Part shown: positions 24,317-38,616 of the stretch, one piece after another
Layout of the letters: the number at the start of each line of letters is the position of its first letter
How positions within the stretch are numbered: position 1 is the first letter of the stretch
From: Cycas panzhihuaensis
Lineage: Eukaryota; Plantae; Cycadophyta
Direction: 5' to 3'
DNA length: 64,000 nucleotides
Assembly: GCA_023213395.1 (NCBI GenBank)
Contig: CM041465.1
Span: forward strand, 143,041,741-143,105,740
The notes under the pieces: model-generated
What the model saw: only the letters and a program-made list of their open reading frames with translations
Databases searched by the model: none
Told to the model about the DNA's origin: nothing
Translations under genes and position numbers: made by a program

Positions 24317-26011
24317 ATGGCACTTATTCTAAAAATAAACTCCTGTGTACCAATTCCAGTGTTAATTAGCTCTAATTATGCTGATTGAAAAAATAGAATA
24401 TCATAACAGCTTAAACAACAAAAGATATTGTGATATATTAGAGGTGATTTTGTAAAACCCAAAGACAAAACATCAAAAGCTTATATAGTCTATCTGATGA
24501 ACTGTGATGGAGCCTTAGGCACCATCCTAACCTCCCCCTCCCTAGACATTAGCAGGAAGTTCTCTGAAATAGATGATCTTACCATTGTCTGGAAAACTCT
24601 TAGTACAATAAGGTTGATACATAATAGGTAGCCATATTAGAACAACAAATATACAATCTAAATTATAAAGATTTTCCTAAAGTTGAAGATTTTTTTATCA
24701 AAACTTCAACTCATCAACAAAGACTTAGTGAATTATATCAAATTTTCTATAAAAGTAGGTGATAAAGTGGTCACTATAACACATATAAAAGACGATGATA
24801 CACTCATTCATCTTGTAATTAATAAACTCCCGAAACATTTCAATCTTTTTAAAACCACTAGGCGACAAGTAGGACATCCACCAATTACTTTTGATTAATT
24901 AATGAATCAACGTGTTGAATATCAAAACATGTTGATTTAGACTAGAAAACTAAAAGATCCTTCATAGGCTCTTTTTTCCAAGACACAATCGTTTACTAAA
25001 TCTAAACATCAAAATAACTATCAAAACAATCATCATCATCATCCCAAATTCTAGAAACCTCATAGAGGTTCATCCAATCAAAATAATCCTCATCATAACA
25101 CTAAGTATTCTAGATTTACCTAAATCTCATAATATCTCTAAACAGTCATTCCCAAAAAGTTGTACTGTAAATACTAATCCTAATCTGAATATTAGTTATG
25201 CTTACTATCACAAAATGGGGCATACCATTGATGTCTGTAGGAATAGAATTGCCTTTGAAGTCTGGAAATCTTCTAAGGGGATCCAATCACGATCTCACAA
25301 TTCTCATCATTCTCTAACTGCTTCTACAACAACTTTTTCAGCACCAACCACTCAACCACCCTTGTGGATTCTTGATTTAGGTGATTCCCACCATATGATG
25401 GGACACCAAGAATATCTTGTTTCATATCAATTTGATTCAGACTCTGAAGAAGAAATATCTTTTGGGAGTGGAACCCAACTCAAAGTCAAAGGAACAGGTG
25501 ATGTTACTTTAAAAGATGGTTTAGTTAATGATGTATTCTACATTACTATCTTATTACCTAATCTTCTCTTAGTATATCATATCTGCCAAAAAGATCTTAT
25601 TATAGAATTCTAGAAAGATAAATTTATTATCAAACAACTATCAAATGAACTTAAATCAATTGCCTCAGGACCTATAGATCACAAAATAAGTCTTTCCAAC
25701 TTAACAAATCTCCAACATTCTAAAACAAAAATTTTTAGCACCTTTATAGCAAAATCAGACCCAGTTAATAAGCTTTGGCATGTTAGATTCAACCATACAA
25801 GTTATGGAAAACTCTAGTACCTAAGTAAGAATGATATGGTTCATGGATTACCTGCACTAAAAACTATCTATGGTATTTGTAAAGCCTGTGTCATATGCAA
25901 ACAATACATGGACCCTTTCCTAAATCATACTACCTTTCGAGTAAAAGCTCAACTTTAACTTATTAATTCTAATATCTATGATCCATTCCAAGTACCTTTG
26001 TACTCTAGAAA
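24317..26011 (+). pseudogene. gag-pol: Element B gag-protease-integrase N-terminal part
   Basis: ATG 24317, SNYAD*K gag motif, zinc-knuckle remnant KMGHTIDVC, protease WILDLGDSHHM, LWHVRFNH and C..C of the integrase zinc finger. Confidence 0.85.
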
Positions 26012-26739
26012 TGAAAAGAGTGGATCTATTCTTCATCTCCATGCACTAAACACAAAGGCAAACATGGGAGAAAGAGAGACTTGAGAGAAAGAGAGAAGCT
26101 CTCATAAAATAAGGAGGTAAAAATGAGTCTCCTCCATTGAGCTTTTACTTTTATATTAAGAGAGGGAGCATTAGAGTTAGGTGAAATGAAATTACACATA
26201 ATACACATGAAAGTGCATTTCACTTAAGTGATCTAATTTAAAGTTTACTTAAGACCCTTTTTAGAAATAATCAACTAATGTAATGATCTTGTGACATTAA
26301 CCCCTTTTAATATCCCCCTTAATGATAGAAGGTTATTTCATTCTATCCAATGAGGTCCTCATTTGAGTCTCTTACAAAGCAAACTACTATGACACTTTTG
26401 TGGGAAACCCTCATGGGAAAAGAAAACCCACAGATTTTTAAATCTACTAACTTGGCTCAGGTGTCTCTTTAAATAAAGCCAGATAGCTAATCAGTACAAT
26501 GAATTTTTTAGCTAAAATCTACTGAGTCTCCATATACCATTTGGTCATCCCCCATGCCTTTTTAGGTTTTCACAGGTTATGATTTTATAAAATAATACAA
26601 CCTTTGTTCTTTTGTGCCTACAAGGTATTTTTACAAATTGGATAGAATAGAGACTTACTCTTGTCCATCTGTGCCCATAAGGGGTTTTTACAAATGAGAC
26701 AGAGTATGATGGTCCTATTGTCATCTCCTTCAATTAGTT

Positions 26740-29700
26740 AGAGATGGCGGCCCTAAGGCTAAGTTGCTTTTAGAACTGTTCAAACTTCACCTTCTTTAGT
26801 GGTTTAGTGAAGATATCAGCCACTTGATCTATTGTAGGGTAGTACTCTAATTAAATTATGCTATCATAAACTAGTTCTCTAATCTTATGGACTTTCATAC
26901 TTATATGTTTAGTACAATCATAAAATATAGAATTTTTATCCATTTGGATTGTATATAGATTATCTACAGGTAAGCTAGAAGAACTTGTTTGGGTGGCATT
27001 TAATGCATTTAACAATTTTCTAAGCCATATCACCTCCTTGCTTGTCTTAGAAGTAATAATATATTCAGCTTCAGCAGTTGAGTCAGCAACTATCTTCTAT
27101 CATCTAGATCTCCATGATATTGGTGCTATTCCAAGAAATGTTACATACCAAGACATAGATCTTCCTATCTCTTTATCTCTGGTAAAGTCTGAGTCTGTGT
27201 ATGTATAAAGTTTAAATTTTGCATTAAGTTCATATAATAGACCATATTTTCTGGTCGTCTTCAGGCACCTCAACACTCGTATTACAACTTACCAATGATT
27301 TTGCTTAGGATTTGTCATGAACCTTGTAACAATGCTAATAGAGTGTGCAATATCTATCCTTATGTTGGTAGTATAAATGTGACTACCTACAAGTTGCCTG
27401 TAGAATGTTGCGTCTACCTCCCTGGTGTTATCATTAGTTGAGAATTTAATATTAGGTTAGATAGGTATATCCACTAGTTGAGTACCTTCTAATTGAAACT
27501 TTGTTAGAAGATTGTTGATATATTTTTCTTGGGAGATAAAGATTTTTCCATTCTTTTGAGTTACTTCAATTTCCAAGTAATATTTCATCAACTCGAGGTC
27601 AGATAATTCAAAAGCTTTAACAAGGTCCTTCTTCAACTGGCTAATTACTTGTTCACTATTCCTAGTTATTAGTATATCATCCACAAATATTAAGAGGTAA
27701 GCGACTTTATCATTTTGGTGCTTGATGAATAATGTTGCATCAATATCTTGATAGGCATAAACCTCATATCTAAGTTACCTCATTCTTTCAGACAACTTGG
27801 TAAACCAAACATAAGGGGCTTGCTTTAGGCTGTATAAGGACTTTTTGAGCTTGCAAACCTTATACTCCTAACCAACAATCTCGTATCATTTCAACTAAGC
27901 TATATGAATTTCTTCTTTAAGGTCTCCACTGAGAAATGCAGTCTTAACATCGAGTTGGTGGATTTTCCAACCCTCTTGAGTAGCCAAGGCTATAAGAGTT
28001 CTGATTATAGGCCACTTGGTTGTAGGAGTAAATATTTAAGTGTAGTTGATGCCTTCCCTTTGCATGAATCCTTTTGTTAAAAACCTCGCCTTGTGTTTTT
28101 CTAGGGTGCCATCTGATCTATACTTATTTTTGAATACCCATTTGTTTTGAACTACCTTTCTTCCAAGTGGTAGATTAACAAGCTCCTATATACTATTCTT
28201 GATAAGAGATTGGTACCCTTCGTTCATGGCATTTCTCCAAGCTGCATGCTTTAGAGATTCTTAATACGTTAGGGGCTCTTCATTAAGAGCAAGGTGCAAT
28301 TCTATTGGTTCAAGCTCAACAGAAAGTGATTCATGTATCCTTGCTCTATGGGCACTTCTAGTGCCAGTTTTGCCTACCTCATCTGGTTGCATGTCCTTAT
28401 GTAGCAGGTAGACTTGACGAAATCCTTGATTTAGGAATGAGATTTTTATTTTCACATCCTCTTGGTCTTCATTTTGATCTTGAAAAGGATCATGTGAAAT
28501 GTTTGGCACAGAGGAAGTTGACGATGCTAGAGAAGATGGGTCAGCCACAAATGTTGGAGAAAATTATCCTTTTGCTATGGCTTTACCTTTGTCAACTTGG
28601 CTATTTATAAATAATGGTGCTGGATGTGTACACATTGGCTGGGAGTCATAGCTTGTATCCTCTAGGGCTCTATTGTCAGATTCTAAGATTTTGAGAAACT
28701 ATTGAGCATCTCCCTCCCTAAATTTTAGAATCTAGATATCAAATTCAATAGCATCATTAAATCAATATGAAGGCATCTTGGAGTCAAGTTCGAGTAATTA
28801 ATCTTCAGTCTCTACAAAGATAACATCTCTAGTAATGATGATTTTATGCTATGAAGGTATGAAAACCTTGTACCCTTTTTCATCCATAGGGTATCCAACA
28901 AAGATACCTTGAAGAGCTCTATCTTGGAGCTTGTTCATATGTTCCTCCAAAATGTGAGCATAACAAGTAGAGCTAAAAATTTTGAAGTGGGAGATAGAGG
29001 GAGTTTGTCCATACCACATTTTATGTAAAGAGAGATCGAGCTTGGAGGGACTAACAATGTTAATGCAATACACAACAATCTAGATAGCCTCATCCCAAAG
29101 ATAGATAGGAACATTCTTATATACCAGCATAGCATGAGCCATGTTTCTAATGGTCCTATTTATACACTCAACAACTCCATTTTGCTAGGGTGTACCTATA
29201 ATAGTGGTCTGATGTTTGATTCTATGTTGATGTAGGTATGATTCAAACTCATTGGATGTGTACTCACCACCATTGTCAGTCACGAGTGTTTTGATCTTGA
29301 ATCCAAATTCATTTTCCATGTGGGCCTTAAAAGCTTGAAACATAGAAAAATCTTCATCTTTATTTGCAAGAAAATCAACCCACACTTTCTTGCTAAAATC
29401 ATCAATGAAAGTAATATAGTATCACTTCTGTTTGAGAGAAGGGATGGGCATAGGACCACATATATCTGAGTGTATAAGCTACAAAGGTTGCCTAGATTTT
29501 CACTAGCTATTGGGAATGGTTGTCTTTGAGATTTGACAATAATATATGCTTCACATTTAAAGGGCTTAGAAGAGAGCTTAGGTATACCAGGAAGAGTGAC
29601 ATGTAGTTCTCTTAAATGATCAATCTTGATATGGCCCATACAAATATGCCATAGGGATACTTGGGACAACTTTTGAGGAGTTAGGGTTGTGGTAAAAGTA

Positions 29701-31960
29701 GAGTCATCATCAACATAATTGACTTCAGAGGATGGTGAGCTAGTTACGTGAAACAATTTGCCATTAAGAATTCTGGTCATAACCATAGTATTTAAAGGAG
29801 GGTGAATGACACAGAGAGTTTGATTATTTGTAGTTACACTCAAATCAAATCCACAAGAGACAAGGGTGGATAGGGAGAGCAGGTTCTATTTTAGAGTAGG
29901 AATATATAAAACATCAACAAGGGTAAAATCTACAAGGTCTGGTAGTTTCAGGCAAACAATTCTAAGTCCTTCAACTAGCTAAGATGATTTGTCTGCATGT
30001 GTATAACACCACAAACTTTAGAGTCAAATTCCTGAAAGAATTGGTGATGATAAGTCATGTGTTATGTTGCTCCAGTATCCATGATCTATGATGAAGTATT
30101 TGAGGTGGCACTATTTGCAACTTCAAGTGGTGAAGGAAAAAGTGAATAAGCATAGCCACAGTGAGCCTCAATATACTTAGTAGATCTATCAACAACATTT
30201 GATGAAGTGGTCCTAATTCTTTGAAGGTGTGCATGAGTAAATTATGTTCCACAACAAATATCTTCAAAAGAAGTATTATTAACATTATGTGCACCATAGT
30301 GTTGTTGACAGCTTGGTAGTTTGTTGGTGAAAGTTCTATAATTTTTGGTATAATGTCCTTTTTTATTACACTTTTGGCACACAATTGTTTGATTTCCAGT
30401 CCCATAAGAAGTATTGGGCTGGTTGGATTACCTCTGATTACTGGATACAGGTCTAGCTTGATTATTTTGGGCTTGGCCTTAAGACTGTTTTTGTTAGAGT
30501 TGAGGAGCCTATTGACCAAGAGGACGTTGTCCTTGTTGTCTACTTCTTCCTCTTCCATGAGAATTACCACCTTTGCGAGAGTATTGACCTTGATTTTTGG
30601 TATAACAAAGATCTTCTTCCACTTCAAAAGTAGCATTAATTAGATCAGATATAGTGGAAAAGATGGTATCAAAGGTCTTATCAAATTCAATGAACTTAGC
30701 AGTAAGACCCTCAAAGTTTAGGGTCTTCAAAGTGCCACTAGATTGAAGACTTTCCAATAGATTTTTGTAATTTGGGATATGGAGAAATGACTGAATTAAG
30801 AAATCCTATGTAATATATTGAGTTTTAAAATCTTTATCAATGGCTTTCTTGATTGGATAAAGGAGATCGATTATCTCACTTGTATCTCCTTTCTGTATTT
30901 TTAATTTGTTCATCTTCAGTACTAAGTGAATAAATTCTAAGTCTAATTTAGTATCAAAGTTCTTCTTAAGAACTTCAAGAACTTTCTATGTTGTATCATG
31001 TACAACTTCATCAATGAGATTATACAAAGAATAATTAGTGACAAGAAGTATCCCTACACAGATTTTATCATCATCAAGTTCCCATTAGCATTTAGCTACA
31101 ACTTTAGTGGGAGCAGTTGGAGCACCTCCTCTAAAAGTAGTTGAGGTAGATGAATTGCAACAGATGGTATAGATTGTAAGTGTTAGGTAATGTGACAACA
31201 ATTATTGGAGGCTAATATTTTGACATGTTGGCAATGCAGTTTCTCCCCAAAACCTTCCTTGGGGGTTCCAAGGGGGGTAGGAGCCCCCCTTGGCCAGGGG
31301 GGTGCAGGGGGAGTGGAATGGCCCCCGTAAAGAGGGGGTTTGGGGGCGATAGCCCTTGACCTAAAAAATTAGCACTAGAAAGTATATTAAATTGTAAAGA
31401 GAATCAAGGTCGTTCTCTAAAAATACCTTAGATTCTATAGTCAAGATTTATCCTTGGATGACCCTCTCATGTAGCCCAATTTCGAGTATTTTTTATTATG
31501 TTGATAGTGTTCAACGTACTGTGAGGAGTTGGGCATGTGGTTATTGTTGCTGTGAGTACTCTACTATAGGACTATGTACATTTTCTCCATTCTTTAACAA
31601 TAAAGATTGATATCTTTCCTATGTGGATGTTTCCCTAGCACATTACTAGGGTTTTACCACGTTATATCAAGTATATATGTGATACTTGACTTTTTTATTC
31701 ATTTTATTATTTTATATTTAGTTTTAAGAACTTGCATGTTAAATTTTAGTTTCGATTCTTGTAACCCGATTGCAATAATAGTTTAGGTCTTGGTGGCTAT
31801 TTAAGGGTTGGGACCTTATCTTCTCAACAACAAGTGATCTCTCCATAGACCTTCATACTTTGCAACATTTCTAATACTAGTGAATCACATGTCCCAATTT
31901 TCTTTCCTTTTTAGAATGCAGTTTATATTTTGCTTAAATTACGAAGACGTGGTGTCTTTT
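26740..31960 (-). pseudogene. gag-pol: Element C gag-pol pseudogene, with gag interrupted by a solo LTR
   Basis: RH (ADIFTKPL, TKHI), RT (DDILIT, FELSDL), integrase (TDNGGEY, LWH..MGH), protease WIMDTGAT near 30070, and gag fragments 30300-31960. Confidence 0.9.
31181..31829 (+). mobile_element. Family-A solo LTR
   Basis: TGTTAG...CTCAACA, collinear with 5681-6341, no PBS or PPT. Flanks GTAAG / ACAAG both derive from GCAAG by single transitions. Confidence 0.93.
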
Positions 31961-32120
31961 AAGAAGGGAAGAAATAAACAAGGGACTATAAAAGTGATGG
32001 CAATAAATTACTAATCATTATTTACAAAAAGAAGATGCAATGAAGTAGTATAGTACAAGGAAGAAGAAGTGAGAATGGTTGCTCAAAGATGAAGGGAGCA
32101 ACTTAGAGAAAAGTCACCAA

Positions 32121-32311
32121 CACTTGTGACAAATATTAACTTGATGCAACAGGAATATGAGAAGCACTATGATAAAAATTGGCTACTAATACTTGTGGTA
32201 AATATTAATCTGACGTAGTAGCAATATGAGAAGCACTATGATAAAAATTGGCCACTGACACATGTGGTAAATATTAACCTAACACAGCAAGAATATGAGA
32301 AGCACTATGAT
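32121..32311. repeat. 69-bp tandem repeat (~2.8 copies) in the element C leader
   Basis: Units start at 32121, 32190 and 32259 and share AAATATTAA...AATATGAGAAGCACTATGAT. Confidence 0.9.
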
Positions 32312-33188
32312 TATGATTACACTATGGATGATTTTTTACAAATAAATAAGTGATCAATATATAAGATTGTAGGCCAATATAGAAGTTGATAGCATTAGGT
32401 GTACACAACTTGAAACTTAAATATAGGATGAATAATCAAGTCAATAATCTATAAATTATGTCCTATATGTAGTTAAGGTTGTTGAAGGGATGCCTAAGCT
32501 TCTAGTAGAATTAAGTTGGCCTTCACTTGTGATACTTATAATTATGCTTGGTGATGAAATCCAAGTCACAATGGAGCCTAGGTACTCCCAATCCTCACCT
32601 AGTTCACCAATGAGGAGCTATATACCTCCTCTAAAGAGTGGTATGTGCATACCCATGACTATGATGGATATTAGATTAGGTATATTTTAATCTTGTATCA
32701 AAGTTTTAATTTTCCTAGTTGGTTATCAAGATGATCCCTTATTGATGCACGATGGTATGGCTAACCAAACCTCACAAATATTTTAGTTCAGTTCAGTTCC
32801 AACTTGAAACCCACATATTCTTTATGGCATGACATTCTGCTAACCAGGGTATCTCAACCTTGGTGAGTGTGTGAACATGAACAAGATGGTGGAAAATAGC
32901 GTACGTGATGCATTCCTTTTAGGAAGAGTGAAAAGATTATCAAATTATATCAAACATATATTTAACTGAAAATAGAATACTTGCTTGGAGTGCTTGCTTA
33001 AAATGTTTTTAGAGTCCTTACTTGAAGTGATTTTGGAGTGATAAAATATAATTCTAATAAGAGAGTGAGGACACTAGATATTGCTCTGACCCAGGTGTTT
33101 TTTTACTTACTTTTACAATGGGCTTTTAAGCCTTATAAAAAGAAGGAAGAAAATTTCTTCGCTTTTTTTTTTTTAATACAAAAAAAAA

Positions 33189-33560
33189 GTAGTCTTCACT
33201 AAATCAGTAATAACTTTCTCCCACGATAATAAAATAGAGTGTTGGTTTTCGTACTACAAAATAAACTCATAGCTTCATTTTCAAGAAGTGGAATCAGGTC
33301 TAAATAAGTTCTAGAAAATTTGTGGTAGTCCCGCAAATTTAGGAGAATATATTTTTCTAGAATTCTTACTAAAAATAATTACTATTCACTAAAACAACAA
33401 TAACTTTCTTAAACAATATCAAAATTAGGTACAAATTTTTGTGCTAAAAAGTAGACTCAGAGCTTCATCTTTGACAATTAGAATCAGGTCAATTGGACCT
33501 TTGTAGAAGATTTTGTAGACCTGTGAAGTTTAATAAGCAAATTTTATTTTTATAGAAATT
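33189..33560. repeat. ~190-bp diverged tandem duplication in the element C leader
   Basis: TTCACTAAA..AATAACTTTCT...AGCTTCAT...GAATCAGGTC occurs twice, ending at 33300 and 33490. Confidence 0.75.
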
Positions 33561-34335
33561 TTAACTTGATAATCTCTCATTAACACATGATACCATATGA
33601 AATTTCCATCATTTTTTGATCACCAGGGTCCCAATATAGACATGGTGAGAGCATACAATGATGGGTATTTTAAATGGCTCTAAATTCTTTAAAAAAATTG
33701 GGTAAAACCTCCCCTTACAATCATTCTTTTAAAAGCTAGAAATATTTTAGTAGCATTTCCCCTTGTTAAATGGATAAAAAGAGGGGAAATAAAAGAAAAA
33801 TGAGATAGCATAAATGGTCACCAAAGGATTGGAATCCATGGGACTTATAACTCCTTATATTGTGCTTCCAAACCTACAAAAGAGAAAGGAAAAGTAAATA
33901 ATACTAAATATGTTATGATAAAAACTTAAAAATAATTCTAAATCCATTTTTACAATCTCCTTCACCACATGGATTATAGGGGAGAAGTAAGTAATGGCTC
34001 CATTTCAAGTGAAAGTGAGGAATATGAAGGAAGAAATCTCTAATACCACATGAAAAGAGTGGATCTACCCTTAATCTCCATGCATTAAACTTAAAGTCAA
34101 GCTTGAGAGAAAGAGAGAAGCTCTCACAAAATGAGGAGGTAAGAATGAGCCTCCTCCATTAAGCTTTTACTTTTATATTGAGAGAGGAGCATTAGAATTA
34201 GGCGAAATGAAATTATACATAATGCACATGAAAGTGCATTTCAGTTAAGTGATCTAATTTAAAGTTCACTTAAGACCCTTTTTAGAAATAATCAATTAAT
34301 GTAATGACCTTGTGACATTAACCCCTTTCAAAAAG

Positions 34336-36875
34336 TAGGTATTTTGTTATATTTATTGATGACTTCTCTAGAAAATACTACATATACATATTAAAAATAA
34401 GAAGTCAAGTATTTGACATCTTTATTAAATTCAAAACCTTAGTTGAAAACTAAACAAACTCTAAAATCAAAATCTTTAGAATAGATAATGCTAAGGAATA
34501 CTTAAGCAATAATTTTACTAGTTATTGCAAAAAACATGAAATACAATTTTAACATTCTATAGCATATACTCCTTAATAAAATGGTGTTGTTAAATGCAAA
34601 AACCGTATACTTGTTGAGATGACCAGATGCATGTTACATGCAAAAAGTCTTGACTTAAAGTTATGGGCAAAAGTTATTATTTACTCCAACTATTTATTAA
34701 ATCGCTTACCATACAAATATTTACAAAATATTACGCCAAAATAAAAATGGTCTGGGCATAACCCTTTGGTTAAATATTTAAGAATCTTTGGCAGTATTTC
34801 CTAGGGGTATGTTCCTAAAGAAAAATGACAGAAACTTGATCCTAAAAGTTTGAAATACATCTTTGTTAATTATAGTGAAGAAAGTAAAGCTTACAAACTT
34901 CTAAATCCAACCACACATAAGATTTCAATACTGCATGATGTTATATTTGATGAAGAAGGCCCTTTATCAAAAACTTCTTATGTTGAACTACTAGTTGAAA
35001 ACCTATTAATTAATACTCACTTAATTGATCTTAGTGACATATAAGCTAATCCTGAATCGATCGAGTCCTTATCTACTCAAGTTCAAAACTTGATTTTAAA
35101 AGAACCAACTACCTCTACTTCATCTAGTCAACCTACTTCACCAAAATAACAACCCAACAATAGCAAATAACTTGTTTGGGCTTAGAAAACCTTTTTGATG
35201 TTGGTAATCCTTTGGATACTAGAAGAACTTATTTCTAAAAATTTCAAGTCAATTTTCCTCTAATGGCCAAAGTCATAGCCAGTAATGATCCCAAAACTTT
35301 TAGACAAGCAAGTAATAATCCCGTATGGCAACAAACCATGCAAGTTGAAATAGATACTCTTAAAAAGAACTCAACTTAGGATTTAGTTACTCTGCCTCCT
35401 AGAAAGAATGTTGTAGATTATAAATGGGTTTATCAAACTAAGTTTAACTATGAAGGAGTAGTTAAAAAACATAAAGCTTATTTAGTAGCAAAAGGTTTCT
35501 TACAGATTGATGGTATTGATTATAATGAAACATTTGTTTTAGCAGTTAAAATAAATACTATTAAAACTATCATAGCTATGACAACTAAATTTAGTTGGGA
35601 GATTCATAAGATGGATGTTAAGAGAACCTTCTTAAATGATGATCTTAAAGAAGAAATCTATATAAATCAACCTCCTAGATTTGTTTGTAATCCTAATCTT
35701 GTTTGTAATTTAAGAAAATATATATATGGTATAAAACAAGCTCATCGAGCTTGGTACATAAAGATAGATGATTATCTTATACAAAATGGATATACTAAAT
35801 ATATGAGCGATCCAAATCTCTACTTCAAACAAGAAAATGATAATATTACTATCTTAATTAGCTATGTAGATGATATAATCATTACTGGATCCTTACTCTC
35901 TAGTATTCATCAATTAAAATCAATCTTAATGAACAAATTTAAAATGTCTGACTTAGGTCTTTTATACTATTTTTTAGGATTACAAAATTTTTAAACTAAT
36001 TATGAAATAATAATATCTCAACCTAAATATATTGTAGACTTAATCAAATGATTTAATATAAAAAATAGTAAATTAGCTCCAAATCCTTCACAATTAGGTA
36101 TTAAACTAACCATTGATTGTTCTACACCACTTTGTGATCCTATAACATATCGACAACTCATAAGTAGTCTCATTTACTTAACTCACACATGTCCTTACAT
36201 CTCGTATGCTGTTACTTTATGCTCTAGATTTATGCAAAATCCTCACGAGTCTCACCGAAAAGCAGCTAAACGGATTTTAAGATACCTATAAGGTATAACA
36301 TTCTATGGTCTAACCTATAATTCTTGCAAGAATAACCTAAAATTAACAGGTTATATAGACTCAGATTGGGTAGGAGACTCTGATGACCATAAATCTATAA
36401 CTGATTATGTTTTATTTTAGACTCTTCACTAATTACTTAGTTCAATAAAAAGATGCAAGCCTTAGCCTTATTCACAACTAAAGCTGAATATTGAGCTCTT
36501 GTTGAAGTTAGCAAAGAATCACTCTAGATTAAATCCTTTTTAAATGAGCTTGGTTTATTTCCTAATTCATCCATTGAACTTCATGTTGATAATCAAAGAG
36601 CCATATCTATTATTACTAATCTTGTTACCCATTCAAGGATAAAACATATAGAATTACATCAACATTTTATATGTAATCTTATAAATGATGAAACTATTTA
36701 CTTGTCTTATTGTCTTACAGATGTGTAGATTGCATTTATTCTTATAAAGCCATTGACTAAAGTTAAATTTTTAAAGATTAGAGATATATTGAAGATTAAA
36801 GAACTCTCCATCCAATGGGGATCAATATGCTGAAGACTTTTTTATCTTTTATATCATATATTGTATAAAAGATAA
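34336..36875 (+). pseudogene. pol: Element B integrase core-RT-RNase H
   Basis: YFVIFIDDFSRK resumes right after element C. ORF 35578-35994 carries MDVK, YVDDIII and MSDLG; GYIDSDW and IKHIELH RH motifs follow. Confidence 0.92.
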
Positions 36876-37296
36876 CATTAAATGGGGATGTTAATGTTAT
36901 GCCCTAATGCTATTCTTTAATTATATATTTAATTAAGTTTATTGTATTATTACAAAAGTTTGGTGATTTGGCCAATTGTCCAAATCAACGAACTTCTCTC
37001 ATATTTATTCTAGAATCTTTCACACATTGAGTGGCTGGAAGATTAGGAAGACAAGATCTTGTTGGTATGTAGATAGAAGGTTCTCTTTAGTCAGAGATGG
37101 AGGATGAGATCCTCAACCTGCTCCCATATATAATCATTGTTATTATATTAATATTATTTTTATTTAAGAGGTGTTCTTTTAATCCCCTAAAGGGGTTTTC
37201 CACTTGCCATATTTGGTGTACCTATGTAGAATGTTGAATGGTTTACTTTCATATATATTAAGTTCGTGTTTGTACCCTCTCTCTAACAAGATGGAT

Positions 37297-37620
37297 TGTC
37301 ATATTTTAAATTCATTAATAATGAAAACTTTAGAGCTTGATTATTATAGTTTAGGCTCATCAACAATCGAGTTTTAGAGCTTGATTTTTGTCATAGTTTT
37401 AAACTTATTACTAAATGAGTTTTTAGAGCAATTCACTGTCATAGTTTAGGGTCTTTAATAAATAAAATTTTAAAGCAATTCACTATCATAGTTTAGGCTT
37501 TTTAATAAGTGAATTTTTGGAGTAGTAGGCTACCATAGTTTAAGCTCATTAGTAGCTAAAATTTTGGAGCATTTGTTTTTAAATTTATTTCATTGATATA
37601 TACATGATAGTTTATACTTA
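37297..37620. repeat. 47-bp tandem array in the 3' internal region of the Tat-like element; continues at ~22270-22389
   Basis: (C/T)ATAGTTT core at 37345, 37392, 37440, 37487 and 37534. Confidence 0.8.
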
Positions 37621-38259
37621 TTTTAGAGTAAAAGAAGGTCTTAAAAATAAGAAATATAAAGAATAATAAAGGGAAGAAAAATAGGCTAAAGAATAGGGGG
37701 AAGTAGATAGAAAATATTTACCAATTCTATTCTCATAAATTTAAAACCATTTAAGGAACAAGTGGTAATAAATTTATAAGAATAAAAGATGGAATAACAT
37801 AAGCTTTTCTTTATTAAAAAAATTTATAAAATTTACATCATACTTAAGATAAATTATATAAACATAGATTGAAGTCCATATCTATATAATATATCTAGAG
37901 TGAAATAGGTTATTTATGAAATGAAGGATGGGTTTCACTTGACAAACAACTTATTTCTTGAGTATATAGGATTCCTCATTATCTCCTTCCAAGGCAAGAG
38001 GATTTTAGGGACTTGTTCCCTACCAAGATCCTCCCTAGCTCATGATTCCCATGTCATTCTATCTTTTCTAATACATCATCTTATCTTAAACCTATCGGCT
38101 TAACCTTTATAAAACTTATATTCTAACTTTCAAAACCCATAGTTTATACTCTTTATAGAGTCATAGTTTATACTCATTCTAGAGTGGGGTGCTCCTAACA
38201 TAAAATGAAATCTAAATAAGGTAGTTATCTAGGATAAAAGAAACTAGAATATCAGCATC

Positions 38260-38616
38260 AATGCTAAAGGATCATTGAACATACTAGATAGTAATTGAAG
38301 AGAATAAGGACATCAATGATGAAGCTTGATGGTAAAGAGTAAGAAGCCATGGAGAATAGATCTGATAAATACCAACCAACTGATAAATAACAACTTGAGA
38401 ATTGGAGTAGATAATAATAGAACCATTATGAGACTAGGAAACATTTGATAAGGCTCCTATAATGGCAGAATACTCAAGTTCATTATTGGTTGCTCTAGGT
38501 AGAAATAGGCTAGGAGATAAAAGAAGGTTTTTTAATTGATCATATATCACCCATATGATGGTGGATGGTCCTAGGTTCCCTCTACTACCTCTATTAGTGA
38601 ATATACTCAATGTCAT
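38260..38616 (-). pseudogene. Archaeal/plant-type RNase H (aRH) domain remnant
   Basis: ORF 38434-38616 reads FTNRGSRGNLGPS...RATNNELEYSAIIGAL (cf. DGASRGNPG...TNN.AEY). Continues frameshifted as IYSNSQVVIYQLVGIYQI (cf. DSQLV..Q..G.Y). Confidence 0.8.

Larger units (their letters stand above)
26012..34330 (-). mobile_element. Ty1/copia element C inserted into the integrase of B
   Basis: LTRs 26012-26309 and 34051-34330, PBS (minus TGGTATTAGAG) 34038-34048, PPT (minus CATTAAGGGGGATAT) from 26310. TSD AGAAA / AAAAG, both derivable from GGAAG by G>A changes. Confidence 0.92.
22395..37288 (+). mobile_element. Ty1/copia element B (400-bp LTRs) with nested element C
   Basis: LTRs 22395-22794 and 36889-37288 (TG...CA), perfect TSD AGATG (22390-22394 / 37289-37293), PBS TGGTATCGGAG at 22795, PPT CATTAAATGGGGA at 36876-36888. 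Confidence 0.95.

Noticed and set aside
37297-37620. Regularly spaced repeats superficially like a CRISPR array (also 32121-32311)
   Set aside because: The whole units are related to each other (tandem repeats, no unique spacers), the context is eukaryotic TE, and no cas genes are present.
38434-38616. aRH ORF as a host or horizontally acquired prokaryotic RNase HI gene
   Set aside because: Catalytic Asp positions are mutated, it is frameshifted, and it lies inside a Tat-like element where aRH is an expected domain.
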